Shown here piece after piece: positions 1-8,956 of a stretch of 64,000 bases of DNA. Positions within the stretch are counted from its first letter, which is position 1. Every line of letters begins with the position of its first letter. The position numbers were made by a program, and so were the translations under genes. Where the stretch lies: assembly GCA_020632515.1 (NCBI GenBank), contig JACKFK010000008.1:72171-136170 (forward strand), given 5' to 3'. The DNA is from Candidatus Omnitrophota bacterium (GTDB lineage: Bacteria; Omnitrophota; Gorgyraeia; Zapsychrales; Zapsychraceae). The notes below the pieces were generated by a model. The model was not told the DNA's origin and made no database searches. It was given only the letters and a program-made list of their open reading frames with translations.

Positions 1-5
1 AGGCG

Positions 6-1715
6 GTGGTCGCAGTATATCCTTACGAACAAGTATATGAGGACATTACAAAACTATCAAATCAGGAAATGATAAAGGCGGTAGAATCATTTTTTTCTAA
101 ATTTCTGATTGTAACGCGGTTAAGTCCGGAAGTGCAGGTTCTTGAAATCTTAACCAGATCCATTGAAAAGTACGGGGCGAATGTCACGCTTGAAAAGGAA
201 GAATATAATAATGAGACAATTAATCTTTTGAAGGTTAAAAATACGCCGGTTGTTTTTGCGTATGCGCGATTGAAAGATTTGCTTGTTATTGGATTTGGAT
301 CCGACGGAGTTAAAGCAAGTATTGATGTTTTTCTAAAGCAAGGATCTCCGTTAGCAGGATCTTCCGATTACGCTAAGAAATCTGGACGTTTTGTGAAAAG
401 CGCGGATATGGAAAGTTATTGGAATGTTGACAGTCTGCTTAAATTTCTAGAAGATCAAATTAAAATTCGTTCAAAGTTTAGTCAACATGAGCGTGTGGAA
501 GATTATTTCCAGATGATGCGGGCGTTTCAGTCTGTGGTTATCTCTATGGATATGGATAAGATAAACACCATAAAGACGGAGATTATGCTGGATAAATCGC
601 AATTGCCGGCAGATGTTTTGCCTATGTATAACTGCCGTTCAGTGGAGAACGCATCAACTGCTTTTGTGCCAAAAGATGTTATCGGTTATCAATGGAATAA
701 ATGTTTTGATCTTGGTTATTATTGGAATCAAATGCAGAGGGATCTTCAGCAGATGCCCGCAGAAGCCACACAACAGCAAATCGCTTCTATAGAAGGTTTT
801 CTGGGGATGTCGATTGAAAAGGATTTAATTCCTGCCATTGGCGATGAGATCGGCGGGTTTATGAAAGATTTGGATATGAGCGGGCCATTTCCTCTGCCGA
901 AGATCGCGCTTTTTATTAAAGTTAAGAATAAAGACACAATTCAAAAGCTTTTGGATTTGTTAAAAACAGTGCCTTTGGTTGCTCTTCAGAACGAGGAGTA
1001 TAGCAATGTTGCGTATCATTATGTTGCTTTACCTTTGGGTGAGGCGTTGCAGCCGGGATATTTTTATTTAGACGACTATCTTATTATTGCTATGAATCGA
1101 CAGCTGATTAAAGATTCTATTGATGCTTATAAGAATGGAGAAAATTCTTTTAAGGATAATAAGGCTTTCGCGTCGTATCCTATCTTCAAAGAGAAGAATA
1201 TGAGTTTTTATTTTATCCGCACTGATCAGATTATGGCTAAGTTCAAAGGACTGATTGAGTGGGGAAATCGATTCAATTTATCGCAGTCAGCTAAGCAGGA
1301 CGCGTTTCGCGCGGGAGCAGAACGACGTTTAGATGATGTGAATGGGCAATATGAAGCTAAAGAACAAGAATCGACGACAATAGATGAGAATATTACTAAA
1401 GTAGAAGATGAAATATGGCTTTTAGAATCAAAGAATGAAGACGCTGCATCTAAACGTAATCAATTGGCAGAACTACAAAAAGATAAAGGATTGGTTGCTG
1501 ATGATTTGGAGAAATTATCCGCGCAAAAGCAAGAACTGCAAGAAGTTATTTCGGGATACGATTCTCGCGGGCAAGATCCGCAAAAGCGGCAATTTTTATT
1601 GGATCAGGTTGTGTTTCCAATTTTAGACGCGATAGAAACAAATGAATGGTTTGTTTCAACCGGGAAGACAACGAATGATTCCTTTGAATTTTTGTTTAGC
1701 ATTAAAGGAAAATAA
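6..1715 (+). CDS. hypothetical protein with C-terminal coiled-coil; possibly 5'-truncated by the window edge
   Basis: 569-aa ORF whose frame stays open to base 3, so the GTG at 6 may not be the true start. E/K/Q-rich heptad-like segment near residues 440-520. No family recognised with confidence. Confidence 0.55.
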   Translation: MVAVYPYEQVYEDITKLSNQEMIKAVESFFSKFLIVTRLSPEVQVLEILTRSIEKYGANVTLEKEEYNNETINLLKVKNTPVVFAYARLKDLLVIGFGSDGVKASIDVFLKQGSPLAGSSDYAKKSGRFVKSADMESYWNVDSLLKFLEDQIKIRSKFSQHERVEDYFQMMRAFQSVVISMDMDKINTIKTEIMLDKSQLPADVLPMYNCRSVENASTAFVPKDVIGYQWNKCFDLGYYWNQMQRDLQQMPAEATQQQIASIEGFLGMSIEKDLIPAIGDEIGGFMKDLDMSGPFPLPKIALFIKVKNKDTIQKLLDLLKTVPLVALQNEEYSNVAYHYVALPLGEALQPGYFYLDDYLIIAMNRQLIKDSIDAYKNGENSFKDNKAFASYPIFKEKNMSFYFIRTDQIMAKFKGLIEWGNRFNLSQSAKQDAFRAGAERRLDDVNGQYEAKEQESTTIDENITKVEDEIWLLESKNEDAASKRNQLAELQKDKGLVADDLEKLSAQKQELQEVISGYDSRGQDPQKRQFLLDQVVFPILDAIETNEWFVSTGKTTNDSFEFLFSIKGK

Positions 1716-1717
1716 CA

Positions 1718-2116
1718 ATGCCTGATGTAACAAATAACGAACGTTATCAAAAAGGGTGGGCCACATTAAGCAAAATTAATGACAAGGCGGGTGAACGGAT
1801 TCTTAAATTATTGGAAGATGTTTGTCCGGATATGGCTAAATTGGTGATCGAGTTTCCTTATGGCGATATTTATTCCCGTCCGGGATTAGATTTAAAAACG
1901 CGTGAATTGATTACGATCGCGTCTTTAACTACGTTAGGGTTTGCTAAGGATCAGTTGAAGGCGCATGTTTATAATGCCTTGAATGCCGGATGTTCAAAAG
2001 AAGAGATTATTGAGGTGATTATGCAGATGTCTGTTTATGCTGGATTTCCTGCCGCGTTAAATGGATTATTCGCGGTTAAGGAAGTTTTGACTGAAAAAGG
2101 GCTGCTTAATAAATAG
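1718..2116 (+). CDS. carboxymuconolactone decarboxylase (CMD/AhpD-like) family protein
   Basis: 132 aa. [12 protein letters not shown]...[22 protein letters not shown] matches the CMD-domain pattern. Start lies 3 nt after the upstream stop. Confidence 0.8.
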   Translation: MPDVTNNERYQKGWATLSKINDKAGERILKLLEDVCPDMAKLVIEFPYGDIYSRPGLDLKTRELITIASLTTLGFAKDQLKAHVYNALNAGCSKEEIIEVIMQMSVYAGFPAALNGLFAVKEVLTEKGLLNK

Positions 2117-2212
2117 GGCAGGCGCTGTTTATAGTTTCTGGTAGGTATGTGAGCATGGCAGTTAACAATAACGTAAAGAGATTTTCGCTTTCGCGGAAAT
2201 AAAATTAATTTT

Positions 2213-2536
2213 ATGGAAATTACTTACGGTCAAGGCACATATCAGGAAAAGAATAAGAAATTCACTGGACAAATTATTCTTAGTGATCATAAAGTTTTTA
2301 TTAAAACTCCGCAGGAAGATCTGCCGCAGACATTTATTCCTTTAGAAAAGATTGAACGATTAAAACAATCGTCTAATAGCGTTGACATTCAGGTGCGGTT
2401 AACTATCATGATTATGTATACGGCAACTATTACCGGCCAAAAGAAAAATATTAGTGATTTGGTTAAGGATATCGTTAAGCGACGGGGGCTGAAGAAAAAA
2501 TTTTTTAAGAATGAATGGATCGAGGAAAAAATTTAA
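2213..2536 (+). CDS. hypothetical protein
   Basis: 107-aa ORF with ATG start in a coding-dense region and a basic C-terminus. No family recognised. Confidence 0.45.
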   Translation: MEITYGQGTYQEKNKKFTGQIILSDHKVFIKTPQEDLPQTFIPLEKIERLKQSSNSVDIQVRLTIMIMYTATITGQKKNISDLVKDIVKRRGLKKKFFKNEWIEEKI

Positions 2537-2710
2537 TTGAGCAAAAAATATCTTCTCTTACTGGTTTTGCTCTTTTGTCTGCTGGCGCTCAACGGATGTG
2601 CCATGCTGCAAGCACCGCTGCAATTGCTCCAACTGCCGTTTCAACTTTTAGGTGAAGCTTTTAAATTAATCGGTAAACTTCCTAAGCCGCCGCCAGGTGT
2701 TTTTTTCTAG
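2537..2710 (+). CDS. putative small lipoprotein (57 aa, TTG start), not in the supplied ORF track
   Basis: My own translation from the TTG directly after the upstream TAA: (M)SKKYLLLLVLLFCLLALNGCAMLQAPLQLLQLPFQLLGEAFKLIGKLPKPPPGVFF*. It has a positively charged N-terminus, a hydrophobic core and a lipobox-like L-N-G-C. Confidence 0.45.
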   Translation: MSKKYLLLLVLLFCLLALNGCAMLQAPLQLLQLPFQLLGEAFKLIGKLPKPPPGVFF

Positions 2711-2731
2711 AGATTATCTGCGAGGTTATCA

Positions 2732-4462
2732 ATGAAAAACAAAGAAATTGCTGAGCTATTTGAGAAAATGGGAACACTTCTCGAAATTAAGGGGGAGATT
2801 GTTTTTAAAACACGCGCGTATTTTAAAGCCGCGGAAAATATTAATAATTTGGCTGAAGATATTGAGACGGTTAAGAATGAAAAACGTTTGTCGGATATCC
2901 CGGGGATTGGCAAAACTCTACAAGAAAAGATTGTCGAGTATCTTGAGACAGGAAAACTCACAGCGTATGAAAAACTAACGAAAGAAATTCCGGAAAGTAT
3001 TCTGGATGTGATTAATATTCCTTCTGTTGGCCCGAAGAAAGCGAAGTTGTTTTTTGACAAATTAAAAATTAAGGATGTGCCAGGTTTGAGAAAGGCAGCA
3101 GAGTCAAAGGAAATCTTGCAGTTGGAAGGTATTAAAGAAAAGACTGTTGAAAATATTTTAAAAGGGATCAAAGTGGTGACAGAAGGACAGGCGCGTATGA
3201 ACCTGGGAACTGCCACGCGGGTGGCAGAGGAGCTTATCGCGCAGCTTCAGAAAAGGCCTGAAGTAAAATCAGTTTCTCCGGCGGGAAGTTTGCGTCGGGG
3301 AAAAGAGACGATTCGTGATATCGATATCTTGGTGGATTCAACGGACGCGAAAGTGACAATGGATTTCTTTTGTAAATTACCGCAGGTTAAAACTGTCTCC
3401 GCGCATGGTGAAACTAAGTCATCCATTTTAACCGAGAAGAATGTTCAGGTTGATCTGCGTATTTTAGATCATCATTGTTTTGGTGCAGGGCTTTTATATT
3501 TCACCGGATCAAAGAATTTTAATGTCAAATTGCGTCAGATCGCGATGAAAAACGATATGAAGGTCAGTGAGTATGGTATTTTTAGCGTTAAAGATAATAA
3601 GGAAAAGTTTTTAGCTGGAAAGACCGAAGCAGAATGTTTTAAAGCGTTAGGTATGCCTTTTATACCGCCGGAATTGCGAGAAGATATTGGAGAAGACCTG
3701 TTGTTTAAGAAAACAGGAGCTGTTAAGATTCCAAAATTAATTGAGCTTGGAGATATTAAAGGTGAACTGCATGTGCATTCTACTTGGTCGGATGGACACA
3801 ATACGATAGCTGAAATGGCTGACGCAGCGCAAAAAAGAGGTTATCAATATCTGGCGATCAGTGACCATTCTCCTAGATTAAAGGTCGCGCGAGGGGTGTC
3901 GGTCGAAGATTTGAAGAAGAAAAAGGCTGAAATTGAACAGCTTAATAAAAAGATGAAAAATTTCAGGATTCTTTTCGGTACGGAAGTAGAAATAGACAGC
4001 GATGGGAATTTAGATTACAATGATAGCGTATTAAGCGAATTTGACATAGTTGTGGCAGCTGTCCACAGCGGATTTGAGCAGGATGTTAAAAAACTTACCC
4101 AGCGAATTGTAAAAGCCTGCCAGCACAAGAGCGTTCATATCATTGCGCATCCGACAGGCGTTCATTTAGGTAAACGAGATCCTTATGCCCTTGACTTAAA
4201 GGAGGTTTGCAAAGCAGCGCGTGATCATAATGTTTTTCTTGAGATTAACGCCTTTCCTATTCGGTTGGATTTAAATTCAAAAAACGCCTTTTATGCGAAG
4301 AATCAGGGTGTTCACTTTGTGATCAATACAGATTCTCATAATGTTGATCATTTTAATCATTTGCGTTATGGGATTTCCGTTGCTCGACGGGCCTGGTTAA
4401 CAAAACAAGAGGTATTAAATTCATTGCCACTCAAAGAAATGCTTCAGCGGATAAAAAAATAA
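2732..4462 (+). CDS. polX: DNA polymerase/3'-5' exonuclease PolX (family X polymerase + PHP domain)
   Basis: N-terminal HhH and pol-beta-like nucleotidyltransferase core (GSLRRGKETIRDIDILV) plus a C-terminal PHP domain (ELHVHSTWSDGHNT ... INTDSH). Confidence 0.9.
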   Translation: MKNKEIAELFEKMGTLLEIKGEIVFKTRAYFKAAENINNLAEDIETVKNEKRLSDIPGIGKTLQEKIVEYLETGKLTAYEKLTKEIPESILDVINIPSVGPKKAKLFFDKLKIKDVPGLRKAAESKEILQLEGIKEKTVENILKGIKVVTEGQARMNLGTATRVAEELIAQLQKRPEVKSVSPAGSLRRGKETIRDIDILVDSTDAKVTMDFFCKLPQVKTVSAHGETKSSILTEKNVQVDLRILDHHCFGAGLLYFTGSKNFNVKLRQIAMKNDMKVSEYGIFSVKDNKEKFLAGKTEAECFKALGMPFIPPELREDIGEDLLFKKTGAVKIPKLIELGDIKGELHVHSTWSDGHNTIAEMADAAQKRGYQYLAISDHSPRLKVARGVSVEDLKKKKAEIEQLNKKMKNFRILFGTEVEIDSDGNLDYNDSVLSEFDIVVAAVHSGFEQDVKKLTQRIVKACQHKSVHIIAHPTGVHLGKRDPYALDLKEVCKAARDHNVFLEINAFPIRLDLNSKNAFYAKNQGVHFVINTDSHNVDHFNHLRYGISVARRAWLTKQEVLNSLPLKEMLQRIKK

Positions 4463-4465
4463 TTT

Positions 4466-5344
4466 ATGAAATATAGGATTATCAGTAAACAGATTGTCGC
4501 GAGTGATGTTAAGCGGCTTGATATTGTAGCCCCGTCTATTGTAAAACATTTTAAGCCAGGCCAATATGTTAGTATTTCACCGGAAGAAGGGTGTGAACGT
4601 ATTCCTTTATCAATTATCGATGTTGATTATGATAAGAAAACTATTGCGTTAATTTTTAAGGAAGTTGGAGAAACAACGCGAAAGTTAGGGCAGATCCCGA
4701 TTAATGAATCAGTTTTTTCGATTCTCGGACCTTTAGGCCAGCCGGCTACGATCGAGAAAAAGGGGACGGTGCTTTGTGTGGCAGCAGGAATCGCCACGGC
4801 TCAAATGCTGCCGATCGCGCGGGCTTTTAAAAATGCGGGTAATAAAGTTATTGGTATTGTTGGTGCTAAAACAAAAAAGAATCTTATGCTTGAAGCTCAG
4901 ATGCGGTTAGTGTGTAATCGTATTTTTATCACAACGGAAGACGGTTCGTATGAACGTAAAGGAGTTGTGACTAACATGATTGAGCGTGTTATTGAGCAGC
5001 AATCGGTTGATTGGGTTTATGCTATCGGGTCGGTGGATATGATTGAAGCGGTGACACGATTAACGGCAGAGCATCATATTCCTATCCGTGTTCACTTAAA
5101 TCCAATCATGGTTGATTGTATTGGTGTCTGCGGGGCTTGTCGTGTTTGTGTGGACCAGCGGGAAGTTTTAGCGTGCATTGAAGGGCCGGAATTTGACGGA
5201 CATAAAATAGATTTTGATTATTATCGTATTCGATGTAACGCCTATGAGGTAAGTCAATGGAACAACGAAAAGTACATGTTCAGCCAGAAGAGAAAAGAAG
5301 AAGGAATTTTCAGGAAGTTTCTGACGGGTATTCTAAAAAATTAG
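4466..5344 (+). CDS. nfnA: NfnA/SudB-like FAD/NAD(P)-binding ferredoxin-reductase-type subunit with C-terminal [2Fe-2S] site
   Basis: PyrK-like fold length and motifs. Cys cluster CIGVCGACRVC...C near the C-terminus. Directly paired with a GltD-like subunit. Confidence 0.7.
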   Translation: MKYRIISKQIVASDVKRLDIVAPSIVKHFKPGQYVSISPEEGCERIPLSIIDVDYDKKTIALIFKEVGETTRKLGQIPINESVFSILGPLGQPATIEKKGTVLCVAAGIATAQMLPIARAFKNAGNKVIGIVGAKTKKNLMLEAQMRLVCNRIFITTEDGSYERKGVVTNMIERVIEQQSVDWVYAIGSVDMIEAVTRLTAEHHIPIRVHLNPIMVDCIGVCGACRVCVDQREVLACIEGPEFDGHKIDFDYYRIRCNAYEVSQWNNEKYMFSQKRKEEGIFRKFLTGILKN

Positions 5345-6657
5345 CCGTTGACGAAGCTATCCGTTGTCCTCAATGTACAGATCCAGTGTGTGTGGCTGGT
5401 TGTCCGTTAGGTATTAATATTCCCGGATTTATCCGTTTTCTGCGCGAAGGAAAAGCGGCTGAAGCTTATCAGCTTATTAAAAAAAATAATATTTTACCTT
5501 CCATCTGCGGACGTATTTGTACAGCGCCATGTGAATTGCGGTGCATTCTGCAGGAGGAAAGTTCGCCCATTGGTATTCGGGCGTTGGAACGGTACGCGTC
5601 TGATTACGGACGGGGTAAAGGTATTAGGAACGAACGTGTTTTAAAAGGTAAGAAAATCGCGATTGTCGGTTCTGGTCCGTCGGGATTGGCTGCCGCGGCG
5701 GAATTAGCTCAGCGTGGATATCAGGTAACGGTTTTTGAGGCTTTAGATGAGCCGGGTGGTGTCTTGCGTTATGGCATCCCTGAATATCGGATACCTAAGA
5801 AAGTTTTAAATCAAGAAATTCAGGAGATAACGGCGTTAGGTGTTGAGTTTGTAACAAGCGCTTTTATCGGACAAACCCATTCGTTACAGCAATTAAGTGA
5901 AGAAGGTTTTGTCGCGATTCTTTTAGCGACAGGGGCTGGGAGTGTGAAATTTATGGATATCCCTGGATCTAATTTAGGCGGGGTTTATTATGGAGAGGAA
6001 TTCTTAATTCGGGTTAATTTGGCTAAGGTGAATTTATTGAATCGTGCAAGCGCGGATTTTTTTATAGGCGAAAAGGTTGTGGTGATTGGTTCAGGCAATA
6101 CAGCTTTGGATTGCGCTCGTTCAGCATTGCGCTTTGATCGGAAGGCGACGATGATTTTTCGCAAGTCCTTTGATGATTTAAGAGTAAGAAAAGATGAGAT
6201 TCATTATGCTGGTCAGGAAGGTGTTCAGTTTGAACCTCTGGTTAAACCTATTGAAATTTTAGCGGATCAGAATAATTTTGTCAGTGGATTAAAATGCGTT
6301 CGGATGGACTATGCGCAAAAAAGCGGACAGCAGGGCTGGGAAATTATACCGGTTCCTGATTCTGAATTTATTATCGACGCTGATACGGTAATCATTGCGA
6401 TTGGGCATAGCCCTAATAATTTGTTGCAGTCGCATTTTGCGGTGGGTTTATTATGCAATGATGATGGAACAATTAAAGTTGATGTTCAAAGCGGACTAAC
6501 ATCTGTTCCTGGTGTTTTTGCCTGCGGCAACGTTGTGACAAACGCCGGGCCTGTGGTGGATGCGATAGCCAGCGGTTATCAGACAGCGGTTAAGATTGAC
6601 GCGTATATTACAAATCATAATAATCAGCAGGAACTTTCATCACAATACGTTTCTTAA
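5257..6657 (+). CDS. nfnB: NfnB/GltD-like NADPH-dependent oxidoreductase subunit (glutamate synthase small-chain family)
   Basis: N-terminal iron-sulfur Cys motifs (CPQCTDPVCVAGCP; CGRICTAPCELRC) and two dinucleotide-binding motifs (IVGSGPSGLAAA; VIGSGNTALDCA). The conserved NFQEV..GY motif sits just after the ATG at 5257. Confidence 0.8.
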   Translation: MEQRKVHVQPEEKRRRNFQEVSDGYSKKLAVDEAIRCPQCTDPVCVAGCPLGINIPGFIRFLREGKAAEAYQLIKKNNILPSICGRICTAPCELRCILQEESSPIGIRALERYASDYGRGKGIRNERVLKGKKIAIVGSGPSGLAAAAELAQRGYQVTVFEALDEPGGVLRYGIPEYRIPKKVLNQEIQEITALGVEFVTSAFIGQTHSLQQLSEEGFVAILLATGAGSVKFMDIPGSNLGGVYYGEEFLIRVNLAKVNLLNRASADFFIGEKVVVIGSGNTALDCARSALRFDRKATMIFRKSFDDLRVRKDEIHYAGQEGVQFEPLVKPIEILADQNNFVSGLKCVRMDYAQKSGQQGWEIIPVPDSEFIIDADTVIIAIGHSPNNLLQSHFAVGLLCNDDGTIKVDVQSGLTSVPGVFACGNVVTNAGPVVDAIASGYQTAVKIDAYITNHNNQQELSSQYVS

Positions 6658-6668
6658 AAGAGTTTGTT

Positions 6669-7514
6669 ATGAAAAAGAATAAAATTACAGTTGAATACAT
6701 TCGTGGGTTAAAAAAGAAGCATGAAAAGATTGCCATGCTGACAGCGTATGATTTTCCTTTAGCGGAAATTTTGGATCATGCGGATGTTGATATTATTTTA
6801 GTTGGAGATTCATTGGCGAACGTTGTCTTAGGGTTGCAATCGACCACAGAAGTAGGGATGACAGAAATGCTGCATCATGCCAAAGCCGTAGCTAAAGCTG
6901 TAAAACGCGCATTAGTTGTCGGAGATATGCCTTTTGAATCTTATCAAGCGAATCAGGAGAGGGTAGTTGAGAACGCGCAAAAATTTATTCAGGAGGCTGG
7001 CTGTGACGCGGTTAAGTTGGAATGGTTTGACGGGTGTCTGGAGTGCGCGCGTAAGATTATTGATGCCGGCATTGCGGTGATGGGGCATGTCGGGTTGACT
7101 CCGCAGACAGCAGAACAGTTAGGCGGGTTTAAAGTGCAGGGGAAAGACGCATTATCCGCCCAGAAAATTATTGAACACGCACAGGCGTTGGAACAAATTG
7201 GTTGTTTTAGTGTTGTCGTGGAATGCGTTCCGCAGGAAATCGCAAATATTATTACAGAATCGTTATCAATTCCGACGATAGGAATTGGCGCTGGAGTTAA
7301 TTGCGACGGGCAGGTTTTGGTTACGCATGATATTTTAGGATTAGCAAGTCGGCATCATCCAAAATTTGTTAAAAAGTTTTTTGATTTGCGTTCTGGTATT
7401 TTATCTGGAGTAGAGACTTTTATCCATGAGGTTAAAGATAGCAAATTTCCTGAACAAAAACACAGTTATACAATTTCAAAAGAAGAACTGGAAAAGTTGC
7501 GGCCAAATTGTTAA
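6669..7514 (+). CDS. panB: 3-methyl-2-oxobutanoate hydroxymethyltransferase
   Basis: IAMLTAYDFPLAEILD..DIILVGDSLANVVLG and VKLEWF..GIAVMGHVGLTPQ are typical PanB motifs. 281 aa. Confidence 0.92.
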   Translation: MKKNKITVEYIRGLKKKHEKIAMLTAYDFPLAEILDHADVDIILVGDSLANVVLGLQSTTEVGMTEMLHHAKAVAKAVKRALVVGDMPFESYQANQERVVENAQKFIQEAGCDAVKLEWFDGCLECARKIIDAGIAVMGHVGLTPQTAEQLGGFKVQGKDALSAQKIIEHAQALEQIGCFSVVVECVPQEIANIITESLSIPTIGIGAGVNCDGQVLVTHDILGLASRHHPKFVKKFFDLRSGILSGVETFIHEVKDSKFPEQKHSYTISKEELEKLRPNC

Positions 7515-7523
7515 CTTATAATT

Positions 7524-7790
7524 ATGGATATTGATCAAACAAAGAAAAGAGATTGGTATTTTAAACGCTCCACATTGATTGTGGGTTTTTTATTTCTTGG
7601 ACCTTTTGTTATTCCGTTAGTTTGGTTAAATCCGCACTATTCACGATTTAAGAAGATTTCATTATGCTTGCTAATTTTATTTCTTTCCTTTATTTGTCTT
7701 TTGCTGATTATTAAATTTGGGCAGCCGCTTAGTGATTATTATCATTCGCTTAAAAATAATTCGCTTTCTTTGAGTTGGAAGGCTGGATAA
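7524..7790 (+). CDS. small membrane protein, hypothetical
   Basis: 88 aa with two clear hydrophobic helices (LIVGFLFLGPFVIPLVWL; ISLCLLILFLSFICLLLII). Confidence 0.5.
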   Translation: MDIDQTKKRDWYFKRSTLIVGFLFLGPFVIPLVWLNPHYSRFKKISLCLLILFLSFICLLLIIKFGQPLSDYYHSLKNNSLSLSWKAG

Positions 7791-7852
7791 ATATTTCTGC
7801 TTGATTGATAGAAGAATTTTGTTATTATATTTCTATAAAAGGAATTGAAACT

Positions 7853-8689
7853 ATGGAAGTAAATATCCTCAATCAATCGCAATATTCAACTCTTCTTCAG
7901 GATATCCGCAGGCTTATTAAAGAAGGAAAAGAGCGGGCAGGGCGAGCCGCAGCCAATGAGTTGGTCAAAACCTATTGGGAGATTGGGCGACGTATTAATA
8001 GGGAACAAATGACGTTTCAAGCCGGTTATGCGGACTCAATTATTGAGGATTTGGCGGATGAGCTTCAAATTGACCGGTGGACATTAAAAAGAACCCTTCT
8101 TTTTTTTAATACTTATCCCGGTGGAGCCCCTAGGGGCTCAAATCTTAACTGGGCCCATTATAGAGAGTTGATAACCATTAATGATGATCAAGAGCGGCAA
8201 TGGTATGAGCGCCATGCACTTAAGCAACGTTTAACCAGAGATCAGCTTGTGAAGGCGATCAAAAAGAATGTTTATCAAGAGAAAACCCTCCTAAATAATT
8301 CAAATTTAATAAAATCTGATAAAATTATAAGACCTACGGAAGCAACGTATGTTTATCGGGCTTATGTGGTTCGGGTTATTAGTGCTGATCGGCTGCTTTT
8401 AAGGCTTGATTTAGGATTCCAAGTCTTGAAAGAACAAAGGATTCGTTTGGCCGATATTGAAGCGCCGGCAATGGATGATCCTAAAGGCCGCGAAGCTTAT
8501 GAGTATGTGTTAGGCAAATTAGTCCAATCACCAATGGTGGTTGTAAAAACAAGCAAGATTGATATTTATGGAAGATATTTAGCGTATCTTTTTTATTCAA
8601 CTAAGAAAATGCCGTTGGATATGGTCTTTGAAAAAGGGCAGTTTTTGAATCAGGAAATGGTAGATAACGGATTAGCCCATTTGGCGTAA
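7853..8689 (+). CDS. DUF1016 (YhcG) N-terminal domain fused to a staphylococcal-nuclease (SNase/thermonuclease)-like domain
   Basis: The N-terminal half matches the YhcG pattern (ELVKTYWEIGRRI ... NLNWAHYRELI ... ERQWYERHA). The C-terminal half matches the SNase fold (VVRVISADR..IRLADIEAPA..GREAYEYV..DIYGRYLAYLFY..NGLAHLA). ATG at 7853 is preferred over the in-frame TTG at 7805. Confidence 0.75.
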   Translation: MEVNILNQSQYSTLLQDIRRLIKEGKERAGRAAANELVKTYWEIGRRINREQMTFQAGYADSIIEDLADELQIDRWTLKRTLLFFNTYPGGAPRGSNLNWAHYRELITINDDQERQWYERHALKQRLTRDQLVKAIKKNVYQEKTLLNNSNLIKSDKIIRPTEATYVYRAYVVRVISADRLLLRLDLGFQVLKEQRIRLADIEAPAMDDPKGREAYEYVLGKLVQSPMVVVKTSKIDIYGRYLAYLFYSTKKMPLDMVFEKGQFLNQEMVDNGLAHLA

Positions 8690-8707
8690 TTCTTATGTAC
8701 AAAAGTA

Positions 8708-8736
8708 CTTGCAATTTGAATAAGTTTTATCTACAA
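8708..8736 (+). promoter_or_regulatory. sigma70-type promoter upstream of glyQS (TTGCAA-17 nt-TACAAT)
   Basis: TTGCAA at 8708-8713, exactly 17 nt of spacer, TACAAT at 8731-8736. Predicts a leader of roughly 215-230 nt before the glyQS start. Confidence 0.5.
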
Positions 8737-8956
8737 TACATTTTCTTGCAGTGCCGTTCCTAATTTAGTGCCTTTTAAGATGTGATTGCGGCTTGATATC
8801 TAGTTAAACTAACGAAGGCGACATGTTACGGCTTAAAAATGCCACGGTTTAAGTCGAAAAACATGGATTATAAGGAATACGCGCATTCTTTACTCATGTA
8901 TTGTTCTTAAAATTTAATCCAAGGTATTTAACAGGGACTAGCGTAAGGTTATTTTT

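Noticed and set aside
2707-3216. 169-aa ORF antisense to polX
   Set aside because: It lies entirely inside a well-supported polX coding region. Its composition (S/F/I/L-rich, low complexity) is typical of a shadow frame opposite a real gene, and it has no SD or recognisable domain.
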